Below are positions 41,355 through 54,964 of a stretch of DNA of 64,000 nucleotides, piece after piece; within the stretch, counting starts at the first letter, position 1, and each line of letters opens with the position of its first letter. A program made the position numbers and the translations under genes. The notes below the pieces were generated by a model. The model worked only from the letters and a program-made list of their open reading frames with translations, was not told the origin of the DNA and did not search any database. This stretch comes from Octopus bimaculoides (Eukaryota): NCBI RefSeq assembly GCF_001194135.2, contig NC_068993.1, forward strand, positions 14,564,020-14,628,019. The letters run 5' to 3'.

Positions 41355-42389
41355 AGTTCAAACAAGCGATACTGGCAAAAGTCTTACTAAAAGTTATAAA
41401 AGCATAAAAGAATATATTACACATGTTACTAAAGTTGGTTTTGATTATATAGCAACGAAGCCAAAGCAACAATACCCAAAACAGGAGACAATAGATAACA
41501 GACAAAAGAAAAACCCCATGAAACACAAGAGATGAAATTGTCAAGACTTATTCCACCCGTATGAAAATAATAAACCACGTTTGAAACAACAGTAGGAAAT
41601 GTACCGATATGTAAGTTTGCTTTAAAAATATGTTCTGTCATATCTTAAACAAAATGACTGTCATAGCCCGAAACAAATGTAGGTTTTATAAAGAAGAGCT
41701 ATAAAAATAATATATGTAAATGTATATGAGAGTACGGCGAGATTTATTAAATCGTTGCAGAGCTTCAGGTACAAGTGGCTATATTTATCGTGCTACATAA
41801 ATTAATATTTAATAGATAACGATAATGAATATAAGAACCAAACACACTGTATTTAAAGTTCCTTCAATAAAACTGGCTCTTCAACAAATATCTACAGTAA
41901 ACGTCGAAAAAAAAAAAGAGATAAACGCCTGAAGGACATTGGCATAAAGTCTGGTCTGTAATAACAATAGCTATATTAGTTTATATTTTACAAAGCTAGT
42001 GAAATATTCCTATATTACAGGAACAATGAAAAAATGTGTCGTACAATTTGATACATATCTAGTTTTCTGTTAAGTGTCTTATACATTTAGCCATTCTGTC
42101 TTAAGTCATAAGTTAACATTATATATCTGGCACCAGTAACTAGTATACTCAGAATATCATATATTCATGTGTGCGTGTTTCTGTGTCTGTGTGTGTATGC
42201 GTGTATGTTAGAGCGTGTACTTATGTGCGCGAATGTGTTTGAGTGTATATGTGTCATTATGTGTGTGTGTGTGTGTGTGTGTGCGCGTGTGTGTGTGTGT
42301 GTTTGTGCGTGCGTGCGTGCGTGTGCATGTGTGTGTGTGTTCATATGGAGCGGTTCCTGCTATTTCCAATGTCAGGTATCAAAAATTGA

Positions 42390-42475
42390 CCGAAATCACG
42401 TGATCTGGTAGTCTTGGTAGCGGAAGTGGCAGTGATTGTCTGCCGCTAGCGATATAAACAAGAAAGCGTTTATAC
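42390..42475. promoter_or_regulatory. Promoter-like motif cluster (E-box + ETS + TATA-like)
   Basis: ATCACGTGAT 42395-42404, GCGGAAGTG 42420-42428, TATAAA 42453; locally CpG-rich. Confidence 0.3.
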
Positions 42476-42958
42476 GTACCACTAAACAATATAAGAATTT
42501 TTTTTCTCTTGGTAAATATCGCAGTATCAAGTGTTCTAACGCAATGTCGATTTTTAAGTGATGATGAATATATAGAACAAAATTGAACAAAAAAAAACGA
42601 AGGCAAGTTTAAGATAAAAAGTAAAAATATTGAGTATTACACTGCTGTATGAGATTTACGCAAGAAATATATAAGACAATGTGACTTACGTATCCAACAT
42701 ATACTATTCTACACAAAGAACAGACTCGAAAATACCATGGAGTGAGTAAAGAATAAATGTGTCTAAATCATACAGTCACCAACTGTATGTTTATACATAG
42801 GAATATACACGATACATGCATTACTGTTTTGTTGTGTTACTTCGGCCCTGACTGTCAGCTCCTTCATAGTTACTATTACTATAATTGTTTAAGTTGCAGA
42901 ATGAAAGAGAGGAAAAACATAATATCACATAATATCATACATACATATTTCTAGATAC

Positions 42959-43084
42959 ATAAATTTGATGTATTGTATTATATTTATTGTCGAAAATTGA
43001 GGTATTTGGTACAATATATATATATATATTGTACCAAATACCTCAATTTTCGACAATAAATTTAATACAATGCATCAAATTTAT
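42959..43084. repeat. 126-bp near-perfect palindrome centred on (TA)n
   Basis: 63-nt arms with 2 mismatches (checked base by base). Confidence 0.95.
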
Positions 43085-45166
43085 ATACAATACATCAAAT
43101 ATATATANNNNNNNNNNNNNNNNNNNNNNNNNNNNNNNNNNNNNNNNNNNNNNNNNNNNNNNNNNNNNNNNNNNNNNNNNNNNNNNNNNNNNNNNNNNNN
43201 NNNNNNNNNNNNNNNNNNNNNNNNNNNNNNNNNNNNNNNNNNNNNNNNNNNNNNNNNNNNNNNNNNNNNNNNNNNNNNNNNNNNNNNNNNNNNNNNNNNN
43301 NNNNNNNNNNNNNNNNNNNNNNNNNNNNNNNNNNNNNNNNNNNNNNNNNNNNNNNNNNNNNNNNNNNNNNNNNNNNNNNNNNNNNNNNNNNNNNNNNNNN
43401 NNNNNNNNNNNNNNNNNNNNNNNNNNNNNNNNNNNNNNNNNNNNNNNNNNNNNNNNNNNNNNNNNNNNNNNNNNNNNNNNNNNNNNNNNNNNNNNNNNNN
43501 NNNNNNNNNNNNNNNNNNNNNNNNNNNNNNNNNNNNNNNNNNNNNNNNNNNNNNNNNNNNNNNNNNNNNNNNNNNNNNNNNNNNNNNNNNNNNNNNNNNN
43601 NNNNNNNNNNNNNNNNNNNNNNNNNNNNNNNNNNNNNNNNNNNNNNNNNNNNNNNNNNNNNNNNNNNNNNNNNNNNNNNNNNNNNNNNNNNNNATATATA
43701 TATATATATATATATATACCTACATATATATATATATACCTACATATAAAGCTGTATAGATTATATATATACATATATATTTAGAATTACTTCAAATTCC
43801 TTACATAAAGGATTATATATGTTTCTTTAAGTGTATGCATTTACAGTTATACTTAATAATTAATTCCTGGATATTTATATATGACTCTACGAACACATGA
43901 TTAAAAGTCAACACTCTATATACATTCGGATATAAAATTAATTAGACATGAATAGACGTATAAATATAGATAAGCTGATTTTACTTAACATTTAGCTCGA
44001 TTTAACATTCTCTGAACCCTTTCATGTTTATCGAAATCGAAAATTTGACTTCGTAAATTCTGTCATTAGTATTTGTAACAGAATCTCCTAAAAGCCAATC
44101 GTCTAATATAACTCTTTCACTATCTCTTCAATCTCCATTACACTTGCGTACATTTTTATCTCTCCTGAAATCTATCTACATTTCTATGTACCTTAGTGTT
44201 TGTCACTATCCTCCTTACCAAACCAATTCACTATCTGAAATGCAATCAGAGAGTTGATAAAAATACTTTACAGCTAAAATAATTCGGTTTTTAATGGTGG
44301 TTTTATATTCTAATGTAAAATATTGATTCGCTGAATATTTACATATAATTATATATGTACATTTGTCTCTCTCTCTCTTCATCTTTCTTTCTCTCTCTCT
44401 CTCTTTCTCTTTACATATATATATATATATTGATATGAAAATATATATACATATAACTATATAAGCATTTATACATTTCTAAATATATGGGTGTGAATGT
44501 GTTTGTGTGAGTGAATATGCATACGTATATATATATATATATATATATNNNNNNNNNNNNNNNNNNNNNNNNNNNNNNNNNNNNNNNNNNNNNNNNNNNN
44601 NNNNNNNNNNNNNNNNNNNNNNNNNNNNNNNNNNNNNNNNNNNNNNNNNNNNNNNNNNNNNNNNNNNNNNNNNNNNNNNNNNNNNNNNNNNNNNNNNNNN
44701 NNNNNNNNNNNNNNNNNNNNNNNNNNNNNNNNNNNNNNNNNNNNNNNNNNNNNNNNNNNNNNNNNNNNNNNNNNNNNNNNNNNNNNNNNNNNNNNNNNNN
44801 NNNNNNNNNNNNNNNNNNNNNNNNNNNNNNNNNNNNNNNNNNNNNNNNNNNNNNNNNNNNNNNNNNNNNNNNNNNNNNNNNNNNNNNNNNNNNNNNNNNN
44901 NNNNNNNNNNNNNNNNNNNNNNNNNNNNNNNNNNNNNNNNNNNNNNNNNNNNNNNNNNNNNNNNNNNNNNNNNNNNNNNNNNNNNNNNNNNNNNNNNNNN
45001 NNNNNNNNNNNNNNNNNNNNNNNNNNNNNNNNNNNNNNNNNNNNNNNNNNNNNNNNNNNNNNNNNNNNNNNNNNNNNNNNNNNNNNNNNNNNNNNNNNNN
45101 NNNNNNNNNNNNNNNNNNNNNNNNNNNNNNNNNNNNNNNNNNNNNNNNNNNNNNNNNNNNNNNNNN

Positions 45167-45225
<59 letters not shown>

Positions 45226-45720
45226 TAAGGGAAAGAAAATATTTTATGGTTCTCCATAAAATTGATACCGAAGGATATGTATGGATATCCTTTTATAATT
45301 TTGTATACTTTCCGCTTTCCTGATCTGACTCAGTTATTTAATATAATATTTGTTTACTAAATTTGTCTTTCATCGTGGATTACATTTTATGCACATTGAT
45401 TTATTTAACACTACGCCCGTCTTTAGCAAACTAGATATTTTCCAAACAGTTCAATACATAACTATGTGACTAGTAATATATGAGTGTGTGCGTGTTTGTA
45501 TGTGTATGTGCGTGTATGTGTGTTTGTGTGTGTCAATGTGTGTCTGTACACGTGTATGCATGGGTAGATATATGGATAGACGGACGGATGGAGTGAGGGA
45601 TACACGCGTTAATTTTTTTTATATATGTTTATATGTGTATGTATGTAGAATGAAACCTAATCTAAGAGATACATACATACATACATATATACATAAATAT
45701 ATACATACACACACACACAC

Positions 45721-45769
<49 letters not shown>

Positions 45770-46183
45770 NNNNNNNNNNNNNNNNNNNNNNNNNNNNNNN
45801 NNNNNNNNNNNNNNNNNNNNNNNNNNNNNNNNNNNNNNNNNNNNNNNNNNNNNNNNNNNNNNNNNNNNNNNNNNNNNNNNNNNNNNNNNNNNNNNNNNNN
45901 NNNNNNNNNNNNNNNNNNNNNNNNNNNNNNNNNNNNNNNNNNNNNNNNNNNNNNNNNNNNNNNNNNNNNNNNNNNNNNNNNNNNNNNNNNNNNNNNNNNN
46001 NNNNNNNNNNNNNNNNNNNNNNNNNNNNNNNNNNNNNNNNNNNNNNNNNNNNNNNNNNNNNNNNNNNNNNNNNNNNNNNNNNNNNNNNNNNNNNNNNNNN
46101 NNNNNNNNNNNNNNNNNNNNNNNNNNNNNNNNNNNNNNNNNNNNNNNNNNNNNNNNNNNNNNNNNNNNNNNNNNNNNNNNNNN

Positions 46184-46226
<43 letters not shown>

Positions 46227-46574
46227 CATACATATATACATAGATAGACAGGTAGACAGGGAGACAGACATATACATATTTATGTATGTAATGAATAACT
46301 TTATTTTCCAACACACCATATTCATGTTTGATCAATTCTATTCACAGTTTTCTATTTCTTTACAAGTGATTTCTGGTTGTTTTAGAACTGGTATATTCGT
46401 AAATACATTTCAAGCGGTGAATTTGTAGCAGGTTTAGAAATCTCGAAATATCAGACTAAGCAATCTCGGTTTGAAGTCCGAAACTGAAACGATATATAAA
46501 ATATGCTTTATGATAAAAAAAGAAAATGCTCCCATTCACCCCGCCACACACACACGCACGCATATGCACATTCT

Positions 46575-46762
46575 TAAAAACTAGAACACATACACACGAA
46601 GAGCTCCCGCAGAGTTTCGATCTACTAAATTCACTCAGAAAGCATTTATTGATACGACTTTATTTTAGAAATCATTTGGTCCATTTACGGCGAAGTGAAA
46701 ATGAATTCAAAACAGGATTACGAAGCTTACTTTTTGGATCTTAGCGCAATACCTGCGCTTCT
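46575..46762 (-). mobile_element. Degenerate SINE family A head
   Basis: ctactaaattcactca..tagaaatcatttggtcc..gcgcaatacctgcgctt aligns with 54995-55125. Confidence 0.65.
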
Positions 46763-46899
46763 AATAGTGGGTTACATAATTTGAGAACTGTCTTAGATAT
46801 AATGAAGAAAATCAGGCACACCTTGTGCTCAGACATGAATAATATAAATTTACATTTAATAAATATATTCTCAAAACAGTTCAATGACATCAAGAGTTA

Positions 46900-47149
46900 T
46901 TTCCCCTTCTTATCGGTTATGCATACGTCACAAAGAAAAAATGCATTTTGATTCACCTGTCCGCCAGTTTTGAAGAAAATTAAACCACAATAATGAGTTT
47001 GAGCCACGCACCCAAAGAGTATTTTTGCAAAATTTAGTGAAAATCTGTTCAACCATGATTTTTTCCAGGATTTTTGCAAACACACAGACAAAGAGATAAA
47101 GACGAGCGACTGCAATACTCTGCTTTCACTTACGTGCGCGAGTAATAAT
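46900..47149 (-). mobile_element. HINE/DINE-like (Helentron-associated) non-autonomous element
   Basis: Minus strand starts ttattactc..gagta (subterminal inverted repeat), then a tgtctgtgtgttt tract and the core gaacagattttcactaaatttt. Confidence 0.45.
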
Positions 47150-47439
47150 ATGAAACATTAATAATTATTATCCAGTTCCATATAAAAATACAACAATATA
47201 ATAAATTGTAGAGAATGCCTAAGAGAGTCGAACACACAAAACTACAAGTACTTGAAATCTTTCACTTGTTGGTGGAATTCGAAAACATAGAATTAGACAT
47301 ATGCATGTCTTATAGTAAAGAAACACATTTCGCTATTAATATTAGGTAAAATATGTCTGGGTACGGGAGATCACAGTTTCGAAGCAAATGACAGACAGCC
47401 ACATGTTTCCACCACGTCATATATATTATATATATACTA

Positions 47440-48342
47440 TGTGATGGCTGTCCGGCTGTGGCATTGTTGTCCTTTTTCGACCAGCCGTCATCATGGCCGG
47501 TCACATTGGTCTCTCCTCCCACTCGCCTGTTAAGATTTTTCTTTTATTCTTTGTACCAGCCTACATCGTTCGTCTGACATTCGAAAGACGTTTTCTGTTA
47601 TTTAGGTTGTAATTGTACAATTATTTTAATTTTTCTGTATAGCCGAAAGGTGTTTGTCTATTATATAATTCTTTCTCTGTTGGACTTGTTTTATTATTTC
47701 ATCACGTTATGCCCGTCTAATAGTTGAAAGATCCTTTCTGTTATTTGTTTATTTATTTTTAAACGTACAATTATTCTTTTTGTTGTATAGCCGAAAGGCT
47801 TTCGTCTGTTGTCTGTGTATCATTCTAGCTTTCATGTTCTTGTTTTCGTTCTTGTATACCTTCGTTTCATTTTCCCAGAAGTTTAATGTTTTTACCTTAA
47901 CGCTCTGGCACTTGCCGCATTCGAGCGGTCTAAGAATGAAAAAGTGCGGAACCGCTAGGACTTGCCGGACTCTGACTGATGAAGAAATCTACTGCGAATG
48001 GTCTGTGTATCTTATTTTTTTTTCCAGTTTCCCGTTTGTTGTGTTATTGTCTGTTTCACCATGCGTTGTTTTTTGTCGTGTTCTTTCTGTCCTACTCTTG
48101 ATTTATAAAAAGTGGTAGGAGAGGCCATTATGAATAGACCAATAGCCGGTCGTCAAGAGAGGGTCAAGAGCCGACCGTTTTAGTCGGTGTCTTGTGGAGT
48201 TATCAGCAATAGTAAGACAGAAATTAGTGTATTACTATATTCGTACGAAGAAATGCAACGGCATTCGATGACTAGTAACTATTGTGGCTACTAGAATAAA
48301 ACAGCAGCTACAGTACAACGGCAGTCACATATCACCCCAACA
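47440..48342 (+). mobile_element. Gypsy-type LTR (5' LTR); left boundary uncertain
   Basis: TGT...ACA ends, TATAAAA 48104-48110, AATAAA 48295-48300, followed after 1 nt by a PBS. Confidence 0.7.
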
Positions 48343-48343
48343 G

Positions 48344-48354
48344 TGGTGACGAGG
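48344..48354 (+). other. Primer-binding site complementary to tRNA-Ser(GCU)
   Basis: TGGTGACGAGG versus TGGCGACGAGG, the reverse complement of the tRNA-Ser(GCU) 3' end; one CpG-type C>T change. Confidence 0.7.
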
Positions 48355-48759
48355 AAAAACAAATTTACGCGGAGTGAAAAAATGACCAGTCACATGGACA
48401 CCTTAAACTGAACCAAGATTTGATATTGTAGAAACTGTCGAAAGAGTGTGCCATGATGTTAAAATTAAGGCATGACAGAAGAAATTCAAATGAAAGAGTG
48501 TTTTCACATAAGATCAGTGCAAAATGTCGGAAGACAAATAAAATGTTGCAGGAAAAACAGAAAAAAATATCGGGATGTAGACCCATGTATGGGTTTGATA
48601 GTTGAGCTCTGATTGGCTGTATGCAAATGACTTCATAACTGGGCTCGGAACACGAGTGGAAGAAAAATTTCGCCTCCCGAACCACGTGTTTGAGAAGCAA
48701 GCTTCTTACTGCAGAGCCGCGCTGTATATACATGTATGTGTTTCTGTTATATTTTGCTT

Positions 48760-48990
48760 TTTGTATTTTTCAGTCATTACACTGGGGCATGCTGGAGCAC
48801 CGCCTTCAGTACATTTTGTAGAACGATTCGACTCCAGTATTTATTATTTCTTTTTGTAATTCTTGGTACTAATTCTATCGGTCAATTTTTCCGAGTCGGT
48901 ATGTTACGAGAACGTGAAAAACACCAACGCTAGTTATCTAACGGTGGTGGGGAGCAGAAGCATAGATGAAGTCGTAAACACATGAATACA
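48760..48990 (-). mobile_element. SINE family A, 3' half
   Basis: tttcagtcatt..catgctggagcaccgcc..tctatcggtc..aaacaccaacgc. Confidence 0.85.
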
Positions 48991-49009
48991 TGCATACATA
49001 TATACATAC

Positions 49010-49067
<58 letters not shown>

Positions 49068-49179
49068 NNNNNNNNNNNNNNNNNNNNNNNNNNNNNNNNN
49101 NNNNNNNNNNNNNNNNNNNNNNNNNNNNNNNNNNNNNNNNNNNNNNNNNNNNNNNNNNNNNNNNNNNNNNNNNNNNNNN

Positions 49180-49235
<56 letters not shown>

Positions 49236-49699
49236 TCATATACAGTATTTCGCTTATACCAATGCTGATGGACATCTACGAGGCAATCTATTGATTCAAG
49301 GATCACATCAGATTTTTGCAGAATTCTTTCTGGCGACATGTTTTATTTACTGCATTCTTAATGCAGATTTTGTTGTGATAACAGCGGCCATACATAAAAA
49401 AAAGCAGACTTGTATTTATTTATTTGATTCATTCATTGTCATTTTTATTATTCCTGAAGAAATATTTAACGAAGTAGATTGAAAATTGATTACCTTCATG
49501 TTGTTAGAATTACTTCAGTTCGTTCGTGGTCTCAGTTTCGGTAACAGCATTTGGTAAAAATGATACTGGTGGTGGTGGTGGTGACGTTACTTGCATTGGC
49601 AATGATATCAGTTACGATATGATGGACATATTGAAAATTGTTTATTAATATTGGTGTTGTGATGAAAGATTTTGGGTATGTTTCTTGGCATAATCATAG

Positions 49700-49767
49700 T
49701 ATCATCACCATCAACATCATCATAATCATCATCATCATCATCATCATCAGTGTCTTCTTCTTCGTCT

Positions 49768-49799
<32 letters not shown>

Positions 49800-49972
49800 T
49801 TCTTCTCCTTCCCCTCCTCCTTCTTCTTCTTCTTCTTCTTCTTCTTCTTCTCCTCCTCCTCCTCCTTCTTCTTCTTCTTCTTCTTCTTCTTCTTCTTCTT
49901 CTTCTTCTTCTTCTTCTTCTTCTTCTTCTTCTTCTTCTTCTTCTTCTCCTCCTCCTTCTTCTTCTTGCTCGT
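49700..49972 (+). repeat. Compound (CAT)n-(CTT/CCT)n microsatellite
   Basis: Directly visible. Confidence 0.98.
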
Positions 49973-49984
49973 CGTCATATTTAC

Positions 49985-50126
49985 ATACTGTTACTGAGAT
50001 CTGGTAGAATCCTTAGCGCGTCGGACAAACTACTTCTCGCCGTGGTCAACATTGTATTTCATCCTTTTCGGAACGGATTCAATTAATTAACAGTCAATTA
50101 ACTAGGTCGATGAAATACTCTATCCC
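49985..50126 (+). mobile_element. SINE family B, internally deleted
   Basis: ctggtagaatccttagcgcgtcggacaaa..ggtcaac..tttcatccttttcgg. Confidence 0.7.
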
Positions 50127-52904
50127 GCAATTGATTTTTGAGAGACAAGACAACTTATAGTGTACATGGTAGAAAACGAACTCAGACACATCATTTTTTC
50201 AATGAATGTACCAACTTAAAAAGAAACAGAAATATCTGTGTAGGATTATATATTTAACAAGAATTGCCAATTAATACAAATATATCACTGTAATAAAGAT
50301 TATTAGTGTCAAAAGAATTTAACACCATCAATTTATATGAAATACCTAGACGCCATTTTTTTTGCATGATTTCGACAAGTTTTCTTTTTCTTTTATGGCA
50401 GAAAACGAATAAAGCAACACTTTTAACAGTCAAGTAAATCCTACATATAGCAACAACAAAACAAACGCATGAATAAAGATCTAAAATTTGAAAATGATGG
50501 AAAAAAATAACAAGGATATAATACGTTAATTTAATACATTTCTTAACGTCAATTCTCAATATTTATGATATCATTTTCTCTTTTTCTTTTTTTCCGTTTC
50601 AAAAAGTGTACTTTTGATTATAATTGATAGCATGGGAATTGATTAGAAATTGTATGTGTACGCTTGTTGGAAAGATCATTAATTCTGTAAATGGGCGTAT
50701 GTAATAAAGATTTCAGTGATAAAAAAAAAATCGAATAAGCACCAATTATCGAATTTTATATTCTTAAACTGCGTTATTTGTGATAAAGTATCGTATATCA
50801 AAAGTTTACTTATAAATATTTATCAATTTAAAGCAACATTATTTTTTTGTTCCGGGTGTACATGACCTATAAGTTAGTAAGAAACATTAGATACTACAGC
50901 ATTCATGCAGTTCTCATTGTAAATACCGAGAGAAATACGTTAGTTGAACTTAAACGAAAATATATAAAAGACCTATCATAGTTTCGGTGCCCATTTGTAT
51001 CCATACCGGACTAACCCCGAAAATCAGTAATCTTTTACCATATTTTGTTTTGATTCTATAGGAACATTATTCTTGGGAACGAAGAAAGTGCTTGAATAAA
51101 TTTCAGTATACGTAATAATCTCCATTAGAAACGCCACGAAACATGAACAAAAACTTAAAGCCGTGTTTTCTATAACACTCAGTGATTTTGATTATCAACA
51201 TCTCCACAACACAAGTAACTAAGTATCACTTCGGGAGCAAGGGCGATAGGTTGTTCACATAGACCCCACTAAGCGACTGTGTTCAACAGGAATTATGTGT
51301 AACTCTCACAAAGAATAAGTATATCATATCTGTCATGAAGGTTCATATAAACTTGGATCTAAAAGTTATGAAGGAATTAAATCAAAATGTATACGTCTTT
51401 TGGTTTCTGTAGTTTAGTATAAGAAACGCAGGGTTTGAAAAATTACAACATTTTTCGACATTGTCTCCTTGCTATTCGTTGAACTTTTTTCTGTGATCCA
51501 TAAACTTGCTTACTCCATCGCGGACAAGATTTTTGATTGGTCGCCCAGCTATTTATGCGAGACTTACTGTGTTTTTTCATTGTATATATCAATGACGTCG
51601 TAAAAGATATTTGATTGCGCTAAAGGGTTGATAGTCGGATGAGGTTTTTGACTATACGCAAGGATTTTCAGTAACCCGAAACCCGATTTTGCAATGGTTT
51701 CAACGGTGTAGGCGGATCTATATGGGCTATATGGCCAACCTAAAATAAATTTCGGTGCAAGCACAGGTAATTTGTGACTTCCCCTTGTATTACCATAAAC
51801 CTCAATAGAAAACAATATGACAAAAGTGTGAAACAACAGCATTGAGCACATAAAATATATCCTACAGAATGTGTTCTTTTCACAATGCTGTTTATTAACC
51901 TTTATTCTTCTCCATATAGCATTGAACCAAGCGATTGTGAACAAACTATCCAGCTCCTAGTTTGGAGATAGATTATTATACGTTATATAATAACTTTACG
52001 TAAGTCCTACTGTTTGTGAGTTACTCAGAGATACCAGTGTCAGTAATTCAATGATGAATCCATCAATTAATAAGACTAGTACTTCAGATAATTTCGAATG
52101 TCTTTTAGTTTATTAAACTCTTATAAATTTTACTGGCAGCATAAACGGTACCAATACGTAAACTTTATACAATAAATATATAAATATATAAAGATATATT
52201 AATTTCAAATTTTGGTACAGTGTGATAAATTGTATCAATAGCTACCGCAGCATAAACCACATTATACAATTCCAATTAAATATAATTTTTGAAGTAAATC
52301 CATTACCGGATGTTGTCAAGGAAAGCTCAAAAGAGAAAGAGCAACTGCAGAAATGTTGCTACTGCTTTAGAAATGAAGTATATTTGTTTTAATAATTAAC
52401 TTCTCTGACTGTAAGATAAATTATGTAACATTGATATCCTGTTTCTGTCCAAAAATATCCTTGAAATGCATACTAAACCATTTGATAGATAGAATTATCC
52501 ATGACGCTTAAGGAAAAGTTAATATATAGGAAACGAGCAAGAGGCGCACAGCACATAGAGCATAAGATAACAAGAATATAACAGAGACAAAAATGGAGTA
52601 CAAGAAGAGTAGGTATAGGAAAAATAATAGATATTCTGAAGAAGTCTAGTGTATTTAATGAAAACCAAATTGTCAATGAAAGCCGGTGGCAAATTTCATT
52701 GCATCTTTTCATTGAACACAGTACGGGTTCAAGAAAGACAGACAAATATTGATTCATCTAATATGGGAGCCTCTAGGAAGTAATTAAGTCACATTTCAAA
52801 ACACATGCCACCCTAAGCGTATCGTTAGACTTAAATCAAGGAACAAGACCTTCTACTGAAATGAACAGATGCATTTTAATATGTGTTATTCGTAAAATAG
52901 GTCA

Positions 52905-52940
<36 letters not shown>

Positions 52941-52986
52941 GGTCTGTCTGTCTCTCAGTCAGTCAGTCTGTCTGTCTGTCGATATG

Positions 52987-53026
<40 letters not shown>

Positions 53027-53269
53027 GAAAGCGAGACAAAATACTTACAGACAGACAGGCAAGCAGACTGACATAGATTTAGAGAGAATAAAAGAACGCG
53101 AGATGTAAATATAGACATTTTAATTCATATATCTATCTCTGTCTCCATCTTAAAGCACATACTTGTGAGTGTGTGTATGTATAGCGCACATTGTCTATGC
53201 ATTTATCAGTACGTATATATATATATATATATATATATGAACAGAGTGAGAGATAAAGAAAGAGCAGTT

Positions 53270-53386
53270 CAGCACAGACCGATAGAATATGTACTAGGAT
53301 TACAAAAACTGAGTCCTGGAGTCGATTTGCTCGACTCACGGCGGTGTTCCAGCGTGGCCACAGTGAAATGACTGAAACAAATATAA
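53270..53386 (+). mobile_element. SINE family A, 3' end
   Basis: gaccgatagaatatgtactagg..gtcctggagtcgatttgctcgact..gcggtgttccagcgtggccacagt..tgactgaaaca. Confidence 0.85.
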
Positions 53387-54665
53387 GCGGAATCAATGCT
53401 AGATAAGTCGAAACAATTGTCGTGATCAGTAATATATTCTCGTGTATTCTCGTATATTCCATCTTCCGTCTTTCATTATATATATATATATTCACCCTAC
53501 CAATACTCATACAATACCAATGCTCAAACAAGAACTAATCAAAAATGTTCTCGTTGGGAACACTTCACGGAATGTATGTTTTGATTTTGTAGCGAACAAT
53601 GTTTGAATCTTCATTCGGAAAGTACACCTCTGTCATGGCTTGTGAAACTGGCAGAGTCCCAAAGACCTGCACGGCCACTATATTATCTTTTTTCTGAAAG
53701 CTTACAGTTTGCGTCTAATACGATAATATTTTCGAAAGACACACTTTATCCCTTCGCTGTAGTTTTTGGCAAAACCTCATTGTCCATTATGTTTTTGTTA
53801 AACCTATAACTACAAGATACTTCAATAAGATTTGTTCGGGGGCCGTGAAAAGATCTGCACTAGAAATATATATGCTATGATAAAAATATTACATCTGATA
53901 TATGTAAAGAATCTCGCAAATGGAAATATTTAAACTTAATAATAGAATAGCTGATAACGCATTTACAGACTCCTAAAACTATAAATAGAAGACTCTTTGA
54001 ATGGCCATCCTTCCATCTTCCTTATCAGTTTTGCAAAATGAAGGTTACAATAACCCCGGTGCTGGCAGAAAATGTTTCTGTCAGGGTTACTATGACCAAA
54101 GACTACTGAACTAAAATATGTCACATCATACTTTAAAATATATTGTTCTCTACTTGCAAAATTATTTATAATAATAGATTTTCGCTATCAACTCTTAGAT
54201 ATCAACATTGCAGATACGGTATTGTATTCGGTATAGATAAGTCTAATTCATTCATATCAAAAACGAAATATCGAAACTTCCATGAAAATAAGATTCCATA
54301 GACAGAATCGAATCTCTGTCGAAAACTAAATTTAGATACCATATACTGTTATTCATACAAAACTAATTGTAACATAATTAGCAATTTAAATACTTCTATT
54401 GTTCATTTAACTCTTGTATACATTTACTAATTTCATAATAGCCTCTACTTATGAAAGAATTAATAGTGACTAATGTTTAATATAATCACCAAATAAAATT
54501 GCAGTAAATATCAATGCATAAACCATGTGCATAAATATGTAGACAATAGATGGCTTTGGCCATGAGTGACCATTTTGCGAACCTTCAATTCTTGAAGGGA
54601 GACAATCCGAAGACAGTAATGACATTGAGCTCCACCTAAACAAACAGGATATAACACAACGTTAC

Positions 54666-54892
54666 TCTTTTACGTGTTTCAGTCATTTGACTGTGGCCAT
54701 GCTGGAGCACCGCCTATTAGTCGAGCTAATCGACCCCAGGACTTATTCTTTGTAAGTCTAGTACTTATTCTGTCGGTTTCTTTAGTTGAACCACTAAGTT
54801 ACGGGGATGTAAACACACCAGCATCAGTTGTCAAGGGATTTTTGGGGGACAAACACAGACACACAAGCATATTCATACACACACACACACAC

Positions 54893-54964
<72 letters not shown>

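Noticed and set aside
41453-41608. Good acceptor and GTAAGT donor pair
   Set aside because: Stops in all three frames; no other support.
46669-46780. Apparent exon EIIWSIYGEVKMNSKQDYEAYFLD
   Set aside because: It is the reverse complement of a degenerate SINE A head.
47975-48000. CTGATGAAG in the LTR
   Set aside because: Followed by GAAT rather than GAAA, with no stem II.
49638-50007. Poly-F/K/S ORFs
   Set aside because: (CTT)n microsatellite.
53593-54110. Strong acceptors at 53592 and 54028 with short open frames
   Set aside because: Frames end in stops without convincing donors.
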